From positions 1 through 39,699 of the IMG/VR virus record IMGVR_UViG_3300028072_000012: DNA of 39,699 bases. One strand, 5' to 3'. Position numbers and translations under genes: made by a program. This DNA is from a virus. Lineage: Duplodnaviria; Caudoviricetes. The notes beneath the pieces are model-generated. The model saw only the letters and a program-made list of their open reading frames with translations. It was not told where the DNA came from and searched no databases. Below, one piece after another: positions 25,001 through 33,347 of the stretch (position 1 is its first letter; each line of letters opens with the position of its first letter).

Positions 25001-26407
25001 GGTCTGCCCTGCTGCGGAGTCCGTGGCGTTGATCTGAAGCGTCGCGATAGCCGACCCGGCTGTGCTCGACTGGGAACCCGGGTTGGTGACGGTGACAGTG
25101 TTGCCGGTCTGCCCGTTCGGGAACACATCGATGCTGACCGCAGTGTTCGCAGGGACCGTGTAGGAAATCGTCCCGCCGGAGAACCCTGCGTTGTGCACAT
25201 CCTCCGTGATGGCACCGGGCGGGTTACCCGCGTTCTGCGTCTTCCAGACGTTGTACGTGCCGCTGGTGACCCCGCCGGTCAGCGTGATGCCGATGGAGAG
25301 CGCCTGGCTGGACCCGGACTTGTTGACGATGACGATCTTGTTGCTGTCCGACGCGTAAACGGACAGCGTGCCGAAAGCCAGCGTCGTGGAAGCGGACACG
25401 AAATGCGCGCCGTACTTCTTGAACTGGCCGTTCATCCCGCACCAGATGCCGAGACCCCAGTATGCCGGGAATTTCGTGTACTTCCCGCCAGGCATGTTGT
25501 TCTGGTTGGAACCGTCATTCATCATGCCGAGCGCGCCGTTGGCGTCCGAGTACATCGTCGCGTGCCCGCCGGCGCTCAGCGCCATCCCGATGTTGTCAGC
25601 GATGAAACACGTGTTAGTAGCCGAGTAAAACGTGTTGTCATTGTTGTAGGACGAATGCCAGTTGAATTCCTCAATGCCATAGTGAATGCCAGCCTTGTAA
25701 CTAGGCATGTCATTCTTCATGTGGTTGTACAGCTGCCGCCCGGTCGGGTACGCGGAACCCGTCGAGTCGTCAGTGTTCGCCCCGTCGTACGCGTGGTAGG
25801 ACATCGTGCCGATATTGGCTACGCCTGCCGACCACTGCAAAAGCGGCGCATCCCAGTGTCCCGCAGTCGGGATGCCGATGTTGATCGTCGGATCAGCCGT
25901 GTGCATCGCCGCGAGCGTTGCCGACGCTGATCCCTGACCGCTGCCGGACTGGTAAATGCCGGTGCCGCCGCTGAACTCCGGCTCATTCCCGATCGACCAG
26001 TACTGAATGCGCCCGCCATGCTGACCGCCGTTGTCATTGAAAAAATGAACAAGCGACCCGCCGTCAGCAGGCTGGAAGTTATTGTCCGCCGTGTTCCCGT
26101 TGAATGACACCAGCGGGATCGCGCCCATGTTCTTCACCGCGTTCAGTAGCCCGCTGGCCGCGCTCCCCCCGGAGCCCTGCTGTCCGGGGCTGCCGCCCGC
26201 ACCGTAACTCGGATTGCCGTTGTACCAGGCCAGCGAGAAACGAATGTGCCCCACCCCGAGCGCCGCCAGCGCCGCATTCCATGTGTTATCGCTGACAATG
26301 GCGACAATTCCGCCGTTGTTAAGGAACTCTGAACACACGAAACCCGCCCCTAGCGGGTCCGTCGTCGCGACGTTCTGCGTGAAGTTGACAGTGACGTTAT
26401 TCGCCAT
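19064..26407 (-). CDS. giant tail protein: GH clan-A glycosidase + Ig-like repeats + lectin/CBM modules + tail-tip domain
   Basis: 2447 aa; WSIGNEPE and GIEEFNW catalytic-like motifs, two NTVTVxNPGSQ...GLPT.LSI...G.I.GTPT repeats, C-terminal ITRGRQYE...TLDNHDG tail motif. Confidence 0.8.
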   Translation of the reverse strand: MANNVTVNFTQNVATTDPLGAGFVCSEFLNNGGIVAIVSDNTWNAALAALGVGHIRFSLAWYNGNPSYGAGGSPGQQGSGGSAASGLLNAVKNMGAIPLVSFNGNTADNNFQPADGGSLVHFFNDNGGQHGGRIQYWSIGNEPEFSGGTGIYQSGSGQGSASATLAAMHTADPTINIGIPTAGHWDAPLLQWSAGVANIGTMSYHAYDGANTDDSTGSAYPTGRQLYNHMKNDMPSYKAGIHYGIEEFNWHSSYNNDNTFYSATNTCFIADNIGMALSAGGHATMYSDANGALGMMNDGSNQNNMPGGKYTKFPAYWGLGIWCGMNGQFKKYGAHFVSASTTLAFGTLSVYASDSNKIVIVNKSGSSQALSIGITLTGGVTSGTYNVWKTQNAGNPPGAITEDVHNAGFSGGTISYTVPANTAVSIDVFPNGQTGNTVTVTNPGSQSSTAGSAIATLQINATDSAAGQTLTYSSNGLPTGLSISSTTGQITGTPTTQGVYTPTITATDTTSAAGSTSFTWTINPASGNTVTVANPGSQTGVVSTAASLQMTATDSASGQTFTWTSSGLPTSLSINASSGLISGTPTVAGTFNCTVTATDGTSAAGRASFTWVISPSGGPGTTTLLSNDFNEGTNGTGITTGNSGGGVGENAFDSVTTTNSATAVYSNVAAIHSGLSGAFTTSGVAGVAMVTWAASLGSQTTIYGRVYVYMQAYPAADDNIVEFRNSGTFGGGVMIATSGQLRTQNASSGEVGGGPILPLNQWTRVEFKLVCGSAGAASLNLNYYSSADSVTITQSVIDTAGAFGSGGSINTINYGRTSNHASQPAVYLGGLNVNLQGYPGPASSAAFLVNNCDITPPAGGQTVTVALSGTAVTNAFDGVTTIQDPNPNGLIFPGYFSQSAHGTSMIAFTTFNAGLCNVFWSTQLGYQTVVYGRAYIFMTAWPTSDDTVVQFLSNGAFGGGVMITAAGALMTQNTSGGRSSVGVTVPVGSWFRVEWQVVCGPTGTASLTVNYYLSMDSTTITATFTDTSGPYGVGAAISQVSFGWNTALANQHVMYMDDLGLSTTGYMGPAGHPVTGALVLQTPAFSTSNSATDTNTFYYNTFEGGTNTTTITTGNSGGASGRAFDVATVANGSLTFSSTQAAHGSLAMAASTTAGSGTAFVGWTTIPATLTSYGRVYVYLTGLPAVVDANVQLRGTSASNAGNIQIDTGGHLVLQNPSFTTIFTFTTALSTNTWYRIEWYLLAGTAGNGSFTISYYAGDSLSVIESHTDATSAWGGTGGVAEVEFGWTHSHPSQPLMYMDDIALSPSNFLGPAGKSSSGSMGIQPFMFSSNAADRLTSETATGTYVMQPLALSGRAATGAQPFVYSFVSGNVINDYGLDDVPYTISSTGTTTGLVAFIGWNVSPFSAATAPGKAPAVNVSDSAGNLWRQIGITPAQGVSRSSIWFCDNPRQVSWVSVALTGWAYATSYTIAEVHNLPGSFGTPVIDFVQTTVSTAGVAALTIPAGTATTSDLVFGVLSTGGGGGALTVPSGWSGIAAAGGALSAQATTYSMYIPNNAAGGVPFAPTWANTVPASGLIVGLKLTAAAPLQTNPNYPLVTVEAAFGATPGDWTQSVDYTWDITGLTWTDISTRVIGDKGQGRIKITRGRQYEISQEETGELTLTLDNHDGAFTYGNTASPYWSNALNPNMSFGLGTTGWTANNNSVMAPSTAFAHSGTTSMQVTPDGVTSNPFISSQLIRLNSGIVTASFWVYIPLGWSTTQVSVDWYNASQVFISTTSASKSVPAGVWTQVTLVNTQAPSTAVFARVDAKLSGLPSAATVFYVDECAILNGSNLVSTNCVVPNVPVRVTAWWNGTQYPVAFGYVERWPQEWPDMPQWGFSTLVATDAYGPLASTSLSSAVEGDIRKDSPYAYFATDEQYSFTTQSLDPIKAPLDANGLIAVNKAPGNNRVGAYRDGSDQPATTGQALNLLGDSDTVMGASTYIAPETNTNGPGMFYFDPNIPTNTTGMTLEFWFTWGGTTLASTTLLNAWAGPSSFFAAAPQIGTVGGVITVGINTGSNTAKATGLYVNGTEIGAALHFNQNTFAPQHFVLVSGPTGLYAQSLSCYLNGVGVGVSNGIATHPLIRAITLGPARFSYDVSDLCVYNGFNFAAGHLAIYPYELTPAQISNHFASGFYGSGYIPAPGRFAQVLTWGLLGLKRGGTAWYGTYGTVENTFMSEAYSYEGSTGADVMQQLTQTEGGRCFTQANGSLVYVIRWARYNQPVVATFGDNGTTELPLMQDSTFSVDNSFIYNTVNATQNRGPDQTFFYQVADHTSQTNYFNRSGLEIQSFALTPFDVNDVVNWSVAKYQQPVQRSQVLSINVAAGQGKFPTLFPTILGLELNQTVTVNRRPVGGAVLSVTGAIQEIQHDIGPSQWTTKYQISPVYPENQALIADQSGQNTPGTQSLSW

Positions 26408-26423
26408 TACGCGATCCTAAAGA

Positions 26424-26828
26424 TTACGGCTGAGCCTGGGTCACGACGAAAGAGGAAACCGAAACGGTGTCGCCAGCGGAAATTGATGTCGTGTTGAAGT
26501 TCAGCTCAGCAGCGGACGTAGCGCATGCACCCGTGGAAACCACTGTCGCGTTATCCGACTTGAACAACGCGAAATAGCCGGCGGTGCCGGTCGCGCCTGC
26601 GGTCGCCGCAGTGATCGTGTTCGCTGTCATCGACCCGCCTGACCCGGCTGCACCCGCAGTCTGGAAAGCGGTAGCGCTCATCGACAGGGACGCCAGCAGC
26701 GTCCCCGTCACCCCTGCGTCCACAGCAGGCTGCGCACCCGTGTAAACCTTCAGGAACCCTGAATTCATCAGCGCCCCGTAAGCATTCAGCGCAGTCGTGA
26801 TCCCGGTATCGTAAATATGCGAAGTCAT
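26424..26828 (-). CDS. minor tail protein
   Basis: LKVYTGAQP...GTAGYF pattern; directly downstream of tape measure. Confidence 0.7.
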   Translation of the reverse strand: MTSHIYDTGITTALNAYGALMNSGFLKVYTGAQPAVDAGVTGTLLASLSMSATAFQTAGAAGSGGSMTANTITAATAGATGTAGYFALFKSDNATVVSTGACATSAAELNFNTTSISAGDTVSVSSFVVTQAQP

Positions 26829-26837
26829 TCTCTCTCC

Positions 26838-29800
26838 TTAAAGCGGGCTCCAGCCGCCGTTAACACGCCCGCTGTTGCGCAAGTTATAACGAACGGTCTG
26901 CACCTGCAGGCGGTCCCACAGGTTGTCCATGGCAAGGTCACCATGCAGGTGCACCTCAACACCGCCATTGCCCCCGGCACCCGGAGGAGTGACCATTTCC
27001 GGTTTCCCGGTGCCGTTATAGGCAAGCGTCAGCCCTGGCATCAGGTAACCGCCGCTGTCATAGCCGATGTACTTCCCGCCCCTGTCAAGGCTCAGGATGC
27101 CGGGAACGTTGAACACCGTCCCGTACCGCGCCTCGATATACCGGATAGCCGCAGCGATGTTCGCAACCGGATCGTAAATATTGAAACTGGTCCCCGCCTG
27201 GTGATTCCCCAGGAACGTGCTCATGATGACCTGCATGATCCCGCGAGACGGATCTCCGGCAGCAGCATTAGAGTCGGACAGGTTAATCGCGTTCGGGTTC
27301 TGCCCTGACTCATAGAAAGCAATGGTCAGCAGGTCAGGCAGCCAGGACTGCGGGACACCCGTCAGCGACATTGCCTTAGCCATCCATGCCATCACTGACC
27401 CTGACGGATGCCCCGGAACTGAAATCCCGTTCGCTACCGCCTGCGCCTGGGACACCTGGTTCTTGAAGAAGGAAACCACTGACTTCATCTCAGCGGCCAT
27501 CGCTTGTGAAACGAAATTAGATGCGTTGTACGCGGTGAATTCCTCCGGTCCCGCAGGACCCACGAACCCGCCCGCAGCGAACCCCGGAACGCCCTTGCTG
27601 CGCATCAGCGGCGCGACCATGTTCGTCAGGTGCTTCGGCACCACTGTCTCCCCGGGTTCCAGCAGCGCCGGCACTGAGTCCCCGCCTCCGAAGCCGGGAA
27701 TCCGGCCGCCTCTCGCCATTCCCGCGAAGTGCAGCAGCGCGTTCTTCTGCCCCGCAGGGATCGCCAGTCCCGCGATCGTCGCGACGACACCGCCCGAACC
27801 GCTGGCATGCGCGGTGATGTTCGTGTTCACGTTCTTCGGCACATGCGACAGTGCGGGAATCAGGTTGTTCCAGATCTGCGCGGCGAGATGCTCCGTCTTC
27901 CCCTTCGCGTCATCGAAATTGTTGCTCAAGTGGTGCACCGGAGGCTCAGTCTGGCTGAACGCGCCGGTCAGTTCCTGCTCAATCTGCTTGACCTCAACAG
28001 CCTTGAACCCGTAATGCTCCAGCGCCTTGGTCAGCGCATCCTGGGCGCTCTGCGTCTGCGGTGCCTTCGCTCCGTACTGGGACAGCGCATTCGTGTAGTT
28101 CTGCGTCAGGCCCGTGATGTTCGACGTGGATATCCCCGCCTGCGCGATGGCGTTCAGCACATCCGTCTGGAGCGTGGACGCGAACGTCCGTGCCACCTGC
28201 GTCACGTTCGACAGTTTCTGGGTGAGCGAGTCGATCATCCCGGAGAACTTGTCCGATGACGTGGCGTTCTTGTCCACCCAGTCTTTCAGCGCCTGGAACC
28301 CGCCGACAGCAGGCCCGCCTGCCTCCTGCGCCAGCGCGGACACCTCCGCCAGCGCCGCCTTCGACTTCGACGCGTACGGCAGCAGCTCCGCGACCACCGT
28401 CGCGACCGCCTCCGTGTACTGCTTCTGCGACAGCACCCCCGCCACCGATGCGACACGGAAATTGTCAAGCAGCGTGTTCGCCTGGGTGACAGACTGGTTG
28501 AATGACTGCCAGATCTGCGCGGACGACCCGCTGAACTTCGTCAGCGCCTGCGCGATCTGGCTGACAGTCAGCTGAGTGCCCTGCGCTGTCGTGGAGAACG
28601 CCGCGATCTTCCCGCCGACGGTCGGCGCGATGTTGCCGAGCTGCTGGAAGTCCAGCAGCAGCTGCGAGTAAGCGCCGGTGAGGCTGGTGGACAGGCCGAT
28701 GAAGTAATCCCAGGCGCTGTTCACCTTCCCCACCTGGGAAGCCTGAATGCCAGCCTGCACATTGAGCGCGTTGATCGTGTTGTTCAGCGCACCGCCGGTC
28801 AGGTCCATCTTCTGGTAGCCGAGGAGCAGCGCCTGAATCTGGAGCTGCGCTTGCTGCGCCGCCTTCGACTGGCCGACGAACCCGTTGACCAGCTTCACCC
28901 CGGCCATGTCCGCCAGTGCCAGCGCATTCGCGTACGTCACGTGGTACGTCTTCGCGATGGCGTCAGCACCCTGGATGACAGTGAAGTTCTGGGTAGCGAG
29001 CTTCTGCTGCTCGTTCGTCAGTTCCTCCACAGCGCCGCGAGCCTGGTTGACTGCCGAAGTGTGGAGTGCCATGCGGGCTGTGCCGGTCAGCATTTCAGTC
29101 GAAACGCTCCTCGTGGCGGTGCTCAGGTTCCGCTGGGCACCCGCGAGCGCGTTCGATGTTTCCGCCATGCCCTGGGAGATACGGTTCATCACCGTCAGGT
29201 TGGTCGCGGCGGTGACCGCACTGTTAATGCTGCTGACCAGCTGGTCAGTGGCGTTCTTAGTGTGCATCATCCAGATAGCGAGAGCTGTCAGGCCCAGCAC
29301 GCCCAGAGCAATCGCAGCACCCCACGGGCCGGACATGAAGTCAGCTGCCGCACCCAGCGCACCGACCATCTTCGTGGCCGCCGCATCCGTCTTGGCACCC
29401 AGCACGCCGATCTTCTCGCCCATCGCGACGAAGTTGATGATCGCGCTGCCAACGCCGGTGATGATGTTCGCGACCATCATCCCGAAGTTCATCCCGATCT
29501 TCGCGAACACCGGGATGCCCAGCGTCCCGACCAGGGCAATAGCCCGTCCGATCATTGAGAAGATCCCCGCGAGCACCCCGGACCAGCGGTACAGCTCCTC
29601 AATCACCATGATCACGTAAATCAGCGCCGGGGGCAGCTGGGACACCCACTTGATCAGCTGGGTGAACATGTCGATCAGCCGCAGCACGATCTCCGCAGCA
29701 CCCGGCATCGCCGCCGCGAAGTTAAGGATCGCATGCCCCAGGTTCCCGAAGATCTGCCCGAACTCACGCAGGTCCGTCATTGAATTCGCCAGCAGGCTGT

Positions 29801-30956
29801 TCAGCGCACCCATGTTGCTGGACAGCTCAACAACAACCTTCGCGCCGAACTGGTCCAGCATGTGCGTAACATCCAGGCCCAGCTGAGCGAACGGGGAAAG
29901 CCCCTGGGAGTTCAGCTTCCCCATCGCCGCGTTAGCACCGAGGATCGCCTCGCCGAGCAGCTCGTACGCACCCGGGTTCGCCATGTTCTGCGCAAGCTGA
30001 AGCGAATGCCCCAACCCCAGCACATCACCGGCCGTCTTCCCGAAAATGCCGCCCATCGCCTCAGTGGCCGTCTTCACGGCGACGATCTGCGGGACAACTT
30101 TCTCCGCAAGCCCCTGGTAAAGCACCGCCGCTGCGGCCCCGGCTGCGTACATGGCAGGGATGAACACGGCCAGGAACTCGAACACGCCCATTACGATCAA
30201 GTGCAGCGCCTGCGCGGACAACCCGAAGATGACCGCCGCGCCGCCCATCCCGAACGCGGCAGCTCCCGTCGGGATGACCATCGCGCCTATGGAACTGCCA
30301 GCCTGCTTTGCCGCTGTGGCCAGGGCAAGCATCGCGAGACCGCCGCCGTCCGACGCCCGCTTCACTTCCCCGACAACGCCGGGCATGTCCTTGAGGACGC
30401 CTTTCTGCCACTCCAGGGTTTCCCCCGCCGCACGGGTACGGGCAGCCATGGCCAGTTCAGACTCGCCCATCCTGGCGATGACGTCATCGATCTCCGCCAT
30501 CGCAGCTTCTTCTTCTCGCAGCTGCGAGGCGTACACCCCTGCCTGCCTGCCCGCATCTGCCTCCGCACGGGCAATGTCTTCCAGCTCCAGGCCCATCGCG
30601 TAGATAGCCTCAGCGACCCGGTTCGCATCCCTGATCTGCCCCGCAGTTGCAGTACGCAGTTCCGTCTGCGCCGCAGCTGCATCCCGCGCAGCTTCCGCCT
30701 CAGCGTGAAGCGCACGACTGATCCGGATAATCTCATCAGCTGCGTCAGAGCCCCCGCCGGCGGTCGTCACCGTTTCCACAACCTGCTGCACCGAAGCGAC
30801 GTCCGGGGCGTTACCCTCAGTCGTAATCCGGTAAATAACATTGACGACCTTGGTGTCAGGAAGAGAGTTGATCGCGGTGCGCAGCTCAGCGATCCTGTCA
30901 ATGTCTTCCCGGATCGCCGAAGCGAGACGATCAGCCTGGTCAATCATCTCCTGCAA
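26838..30956 (-). CDS. tape measure protein with C-terminal lytic transglycosylase (SLT)
   Basis: Long Ala-rich helical ORF; ESGQNPNAINLSDSNAAAGDPSRGIMQVI SLT motif; true start may be 31019. Confidence 0.9.
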   Translation of the reverse strand: MQEMIDQADRLASAIREDIDRIAELRTAINSLPDTKVVNVIYRITTEGNAPDVASVQQVVETVTTAGGGSDAADEIIRISRALHAEAEAARDAAAAQTELRTATAGQIRDANRVAEAIYAMGLELEDIARAEADAGRQAGVYASQLREEEAAMAEIDDVIARMGESELAMAARTRAAGETLEWQKGVLKDMPGVVGEVKRASDGGGLAMLALATAAKQAGSSIGAMVIPTGAAAFGMGGAAVIFGLSAQALHLIVMGVFEFLAVFIPAMYAAGAAAAVLYQGLAEKVVPQIVAVKTATEAMGGIFGKTAGDVLGLGHSLQLAQNMANPGAYELLGEAILGANAAMGKLNSQGLSPFAQLGLDVTHMLDQFGAKVVVELSSNMGALNSLLANSMTDLREFGQIFGNLGHAILNFAAAMPGAAEIVLRLIDMFTQLIKWVSQLPPALIYVIMVIEELYRWSGVLAGIFSMIGRAIALVGTLGIPVFAKIGMNFGMMVANIITGVGSAIINFVAMGEKIGVLGAKTDAAATKMVGALGAAADFMSGPWGAAIALGVLGLTALAIWMMHTKNATDQLVSSINSAVTAATNLTVMNRISQGMAETSNALAGAQRNLSTATRSVSTEMLTGTARMALHTSAVNQARGAVEELTNEQQKLATQNFTVIQGADAIAKTYHVTYANALALADMAGVKLVNGFVGQSKAAQQAQLQIQALLLGYQKMDLTGGALNNTINALNVQAGIQASQVGKVNSAWDYFIGLSTSLTGAYSQLLLDFQQLGNIAPTVGGKIAAFSTTAQGTQLTVSQIAQALTKFSGSSAQIWQSFNQSVTQANTLLDNFRVASVAGVLSQKQYTEAVATVVAELLPYASKSKAALAEVSALAQEAGGPAVGGFQALKDWVDKNATSSDKFSGMIDSLTQKLSNVTQVARTFASTLQTDVLNAIAQAGISTSNITGLTQNYTNALSQYGAKAPQTQSAQDALTKALEHYGFKAVEVKQIEQELTGAFSQTEPPVHHLSNNFDDAKGKTEHLAAQIWNNLIPALSHVPKNVNTNITAHASGSGGVVATIAGLAIPAGQKNALLHFAGMARGGRIPGFGGGDSVPALLEPGETVVPKHLTNMVAPLMRSKGVPGFAAGGFVGPAGPEEFTAYNASNFVSQAMAAEMKSVVSFFKNQVSQAQAVANGISVPGHPSGSVMAWMAKAMSLTGVPQSWLPDLLTIAFYESGQNPNAINLSDSNAAAGDPSRGIMQVIMSTFLGNHQAGTSFNIYDPVANIAAAIRYIEARYGTVFNVPGILSLDRGGKYIGYDSGGYLMPGLTLAYNGTGKPEMVTPPGAGGNGGVEVHLHGDLAMDNLWDRLQVQTVRYNLRNSGRVNGGWSPL

Positions 30957-31031
30957 AGCAGAAAGAAAACCAGACGCATCAGCATCAAATGACTCGCTAA
31001 CCGGGGGCAGATCAGGCGCACCAACACCTCC

Positions 31032-31523
31032 TCACGCAGTGAAAAAACCACGGATCTCACGGTAAAACGCATCAGCAGCCGCCCGGGAAAGCGACCCGTC
31101 CTGGATCATCTGCACCACCGTCGGCTCAAAATACGGGTGCGCCGGAACGTAAACCTGCTTCATCCACCACGAACCCCGGCTGTTCACCCAGTGCATGTAC
31201 GCGCTTGTCCTCGCCCGCGCGAACCCGCCGAACTCCTGCATCGCCGCGTACCTCGCATACGCCCCCACATACGCTGTCGCCAGCACCGAACCTTTAGCCG
31301 GCGTCATCCGCACGGACCGGGCCAGCTCCCCCGACGCATACGCAGGCGGCCGGCCCGCCATCGCCTTCCAGAACAGACCCGGAGGGTGAACCGTCTGCCG
31401 CAAAGTGACACTAACCACACGATCCTGGAAAGCACCCGCCATCGCATTCGCCGCCGGAGCCGCACCACCCGCAGCAGCATCTTTCAGTGCACGCAAATAG
31501 GCGGGGAGGGATGCAGTATCCAT
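31032..31523 (-). CDS. HK97 gp10-like tail completion/neck protein
   Basis: PPAYASGELARSV...YAAMQEFGG...PAHPYFEP. Confidence 0.7.
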   Translation of the reverse strand: MDTASLPAYLRALKDAAAGGAAPAANAMAGAFQDRVVSVTLRQTVHPPGLFWKAMAGRPPAYASGELARSVRMTPAKGSVLATAYVGAYARYAAMQEFGGFARARTSAYMHWVNSRGSWWMKQVYVPAHPYFEPTVVQMIQDGSLSRAAADAFYREIRGFFTA

Positions 31524-31554
31524 GCATACCCTCCCCGCCTATTAAAAACTCTTG

Positions 31555-32691
31555 TCAGCGACGCGACATCCGGGACAGAAGCTCCTCCACAGCTGGCCCC
31601 ATATGCTCCACAGCCACCTTATCCACATCATATTCACGGGCGAACTGCCGCAGCTTCCCCGGCTTCACATCCGCCCGCGCAGCATACGCATCCTCATACG
31701 CCTGCACCAGCCCCGGCACAGCCGGACGAGTCCACCAGCCCTTATGCACCCCGTTCCAGAACGGTTCCCCGTCCACCTGAATCCCCAGCGGATTCAGCTC
31801 CTCCATCGAAGAGCAGCGGGTAGTGATAACCGGGCAGCCAGCCGCCTGCGCCTCCATGATCGGCAACCCGAAACCCTCACCATAGGACGCAGCGGAAAGC
31901 ACATCGATAACGTTGTACCACTCATTCAGATCCTGCTGGCTGATCTGCCCCGCCGTATACCTGTACTGATCGACAACCCGCACCTTATCCAGGATGCCGA
32001 TGTTCTCCGCGAGCGCCTCAAGATCCTGCCCCCCATCCTGATGCACCCCAGAATGAAGAGTCATGATCGCATCAGGATGATTCCTCGCGAACTTCGCAAA
32101 AGCCAGCATCTGCTCCGGGAGAGCCTTACGGATCGCATCATTATTCGCACCATTGATACCGATCACGAACTGATCATCATCAATACCGCATGACTCACGC
32201 AGCTTGTCCCGGTCCGGCAGCCACCGGAACACCGTCGTGTCAATCGCATGCGGAACATACACCGAGTCATAACCCGCCTGCCGGAAATTACGCTGCCCGA
32301 ACTGGCTCATCGCGATCAGCTGAGCCCCCGAAGCATCCACCACCATCCGGTCAGCCAGCGACATCGGCCTGCAATCCGACGGCAGCCAGTGCGCAATCGG
32401 CAGCTCCCGCAGAATATTCGGGTCCATCACCCACACATCACCCAAAGTGATGATGAGATCCGGCTTCACCATCAGCGCATGCTGCCCCAGAGACGTAGAA
32501 CAGTACGCATTCCCGAACCCCGGGTACACCGGAATCCCGTTCCACTGGGTAGCACCCCCCTGAATCCCCCAGTACGAGGAAATCGATACCTCATGCCCCA
32601 TCTCTTTCAGCTTCGTCGTCCATATCGCCGTCTGAGTACCGTACCCCGACGGAGCCCACGGGCTGCAAGAATGCCAGAGAATACGAGCCAT
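31555..32691 (-). CDS. glycosyltransferase (GT-B, GT4-like)
   Basis: SGYG N-terminal loop; SYGEGFGLPIMEAQAAGCPVI signature. Confidence 0.9.
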   Translation of the reverse strand: MARILWHSCSPWAPSGYGTQTAIWTTKLKEMGHEVSISSYWGIQGGATQWNGIPVYPGFGNAYCSTSLGQHALMVKPDLIITLGDVWVMDPNILRELPIAHWLPSDCRPMSLADRMVVDASGAQLIAMSQFGQRNFRQAGYDSVYVPHAIDTTVFRWLPDRDKLRESCGIDDDQFVIGINGANNDAIRKALPEQMLAFAKFARNHPDAIMTLHSGVHQDGGQDLEALAENIGILDKVRVVDQYRYTAGQISQQDLNEWYNVIDVLSAASYGEGFGLPIMEAQAAGCPVITTRCSSMEELNPLGIQVDGEPFWNGVHKGWWTRPAVPGLVQAYEDAYAARADVKPGKLRQFAREYDVDKVAVEHMGPAVEELLSRMSRR

Positions 32692-32705
32692 TCGCCGCTC
32701 ACTTC

Positions 32706-32935
32706 CTAATCGCGATCCTGCTCAAGTGCAGCTTGCACAGCTTCCTCAATGATAGGAAGCCACTCCATCTCATCCAGGTGCAGCTCATCCACCTGACGGG
32801 GATGCCAGTTCCGTGCCCGTGCATACCAGTTATACACAAGCATCTTCTGAGGGAAACCCTCCGGGTAAGCCGGCTGGAACTCCGGACGCCCTCCCCGCAT
32901 CCGGTAACTGAAAACCTGCGCCAGCTGGCCTACTG
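32706..32935 (-). CDS. tail assembly chaperone, -1 frameshift extension
   Basis: -1 frame open from slippery CCCAAAAAAG (32936-32945): AVGQLAQVFSYRMRGG...WHPRQVDEL. Confidence 0.8.
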
Positions 32936-33277
32936 CTTTTTTGGGTCGCCCTTCACAGACGTACCTGAGATCTTGTCCATCAGCGGCTGAACCGCGTCAA
33001 CCAGCGCCTGGTAATCATCCAGGTCAAGCAGCTCCCCCAGGATCACGTCTGCTGCCTGGAAGCTGTTGTCCTTCGGCACCGGCACCTGGAACGACCACTT
33101 CTCAATGATCCGGCCCAGCAGCGCATTCCGCTGATCATTGATCATCCCGAGAGAAGCCCGGTTCCCCTCACTGCGGAATTCCAGCATCACCGCATCCTGC
33201 ACATGGAAACGGTCACTGGCCTTCAGCTGATCCCGGTACTCAACCCATCCGCCACTTGGCAGCTCAACACGTGCCAT
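32930..33277 (-). CDS. tail assembly chaperone
   Basis: Follows tail tube gene, ends GDPKKQ at the slippery site; start 33277 or 33310. Confidence 0.82.
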   Translation of the reverse strand: MARVELPSGGWVEYRDQLKASDRFHVQDAVMLEFRSEGNRASLGMINDQRNALLGRIIEKWSFQVPVPKDNSFQAADVILGELLDLDDYQALVDAVQPLMDKISGTSVKGDPKKQ

Positions 33278-33313
33278 TCGCAGTCCCTTCGCTTTCCTCG
33301 TATTAGACATGAA

Positions 33314-33343
33314 TCAACCCCCCAGCAATAGCCGGGGGGTTGA
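33314..33343 (-). terminator. hairpin after major tail gene
   Basis: TCAACCCCCC...GGGGGGTTGA 10-bp inverted repeat. Confidence 0.55.
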
Positions 33344-33347
33344 CCTG

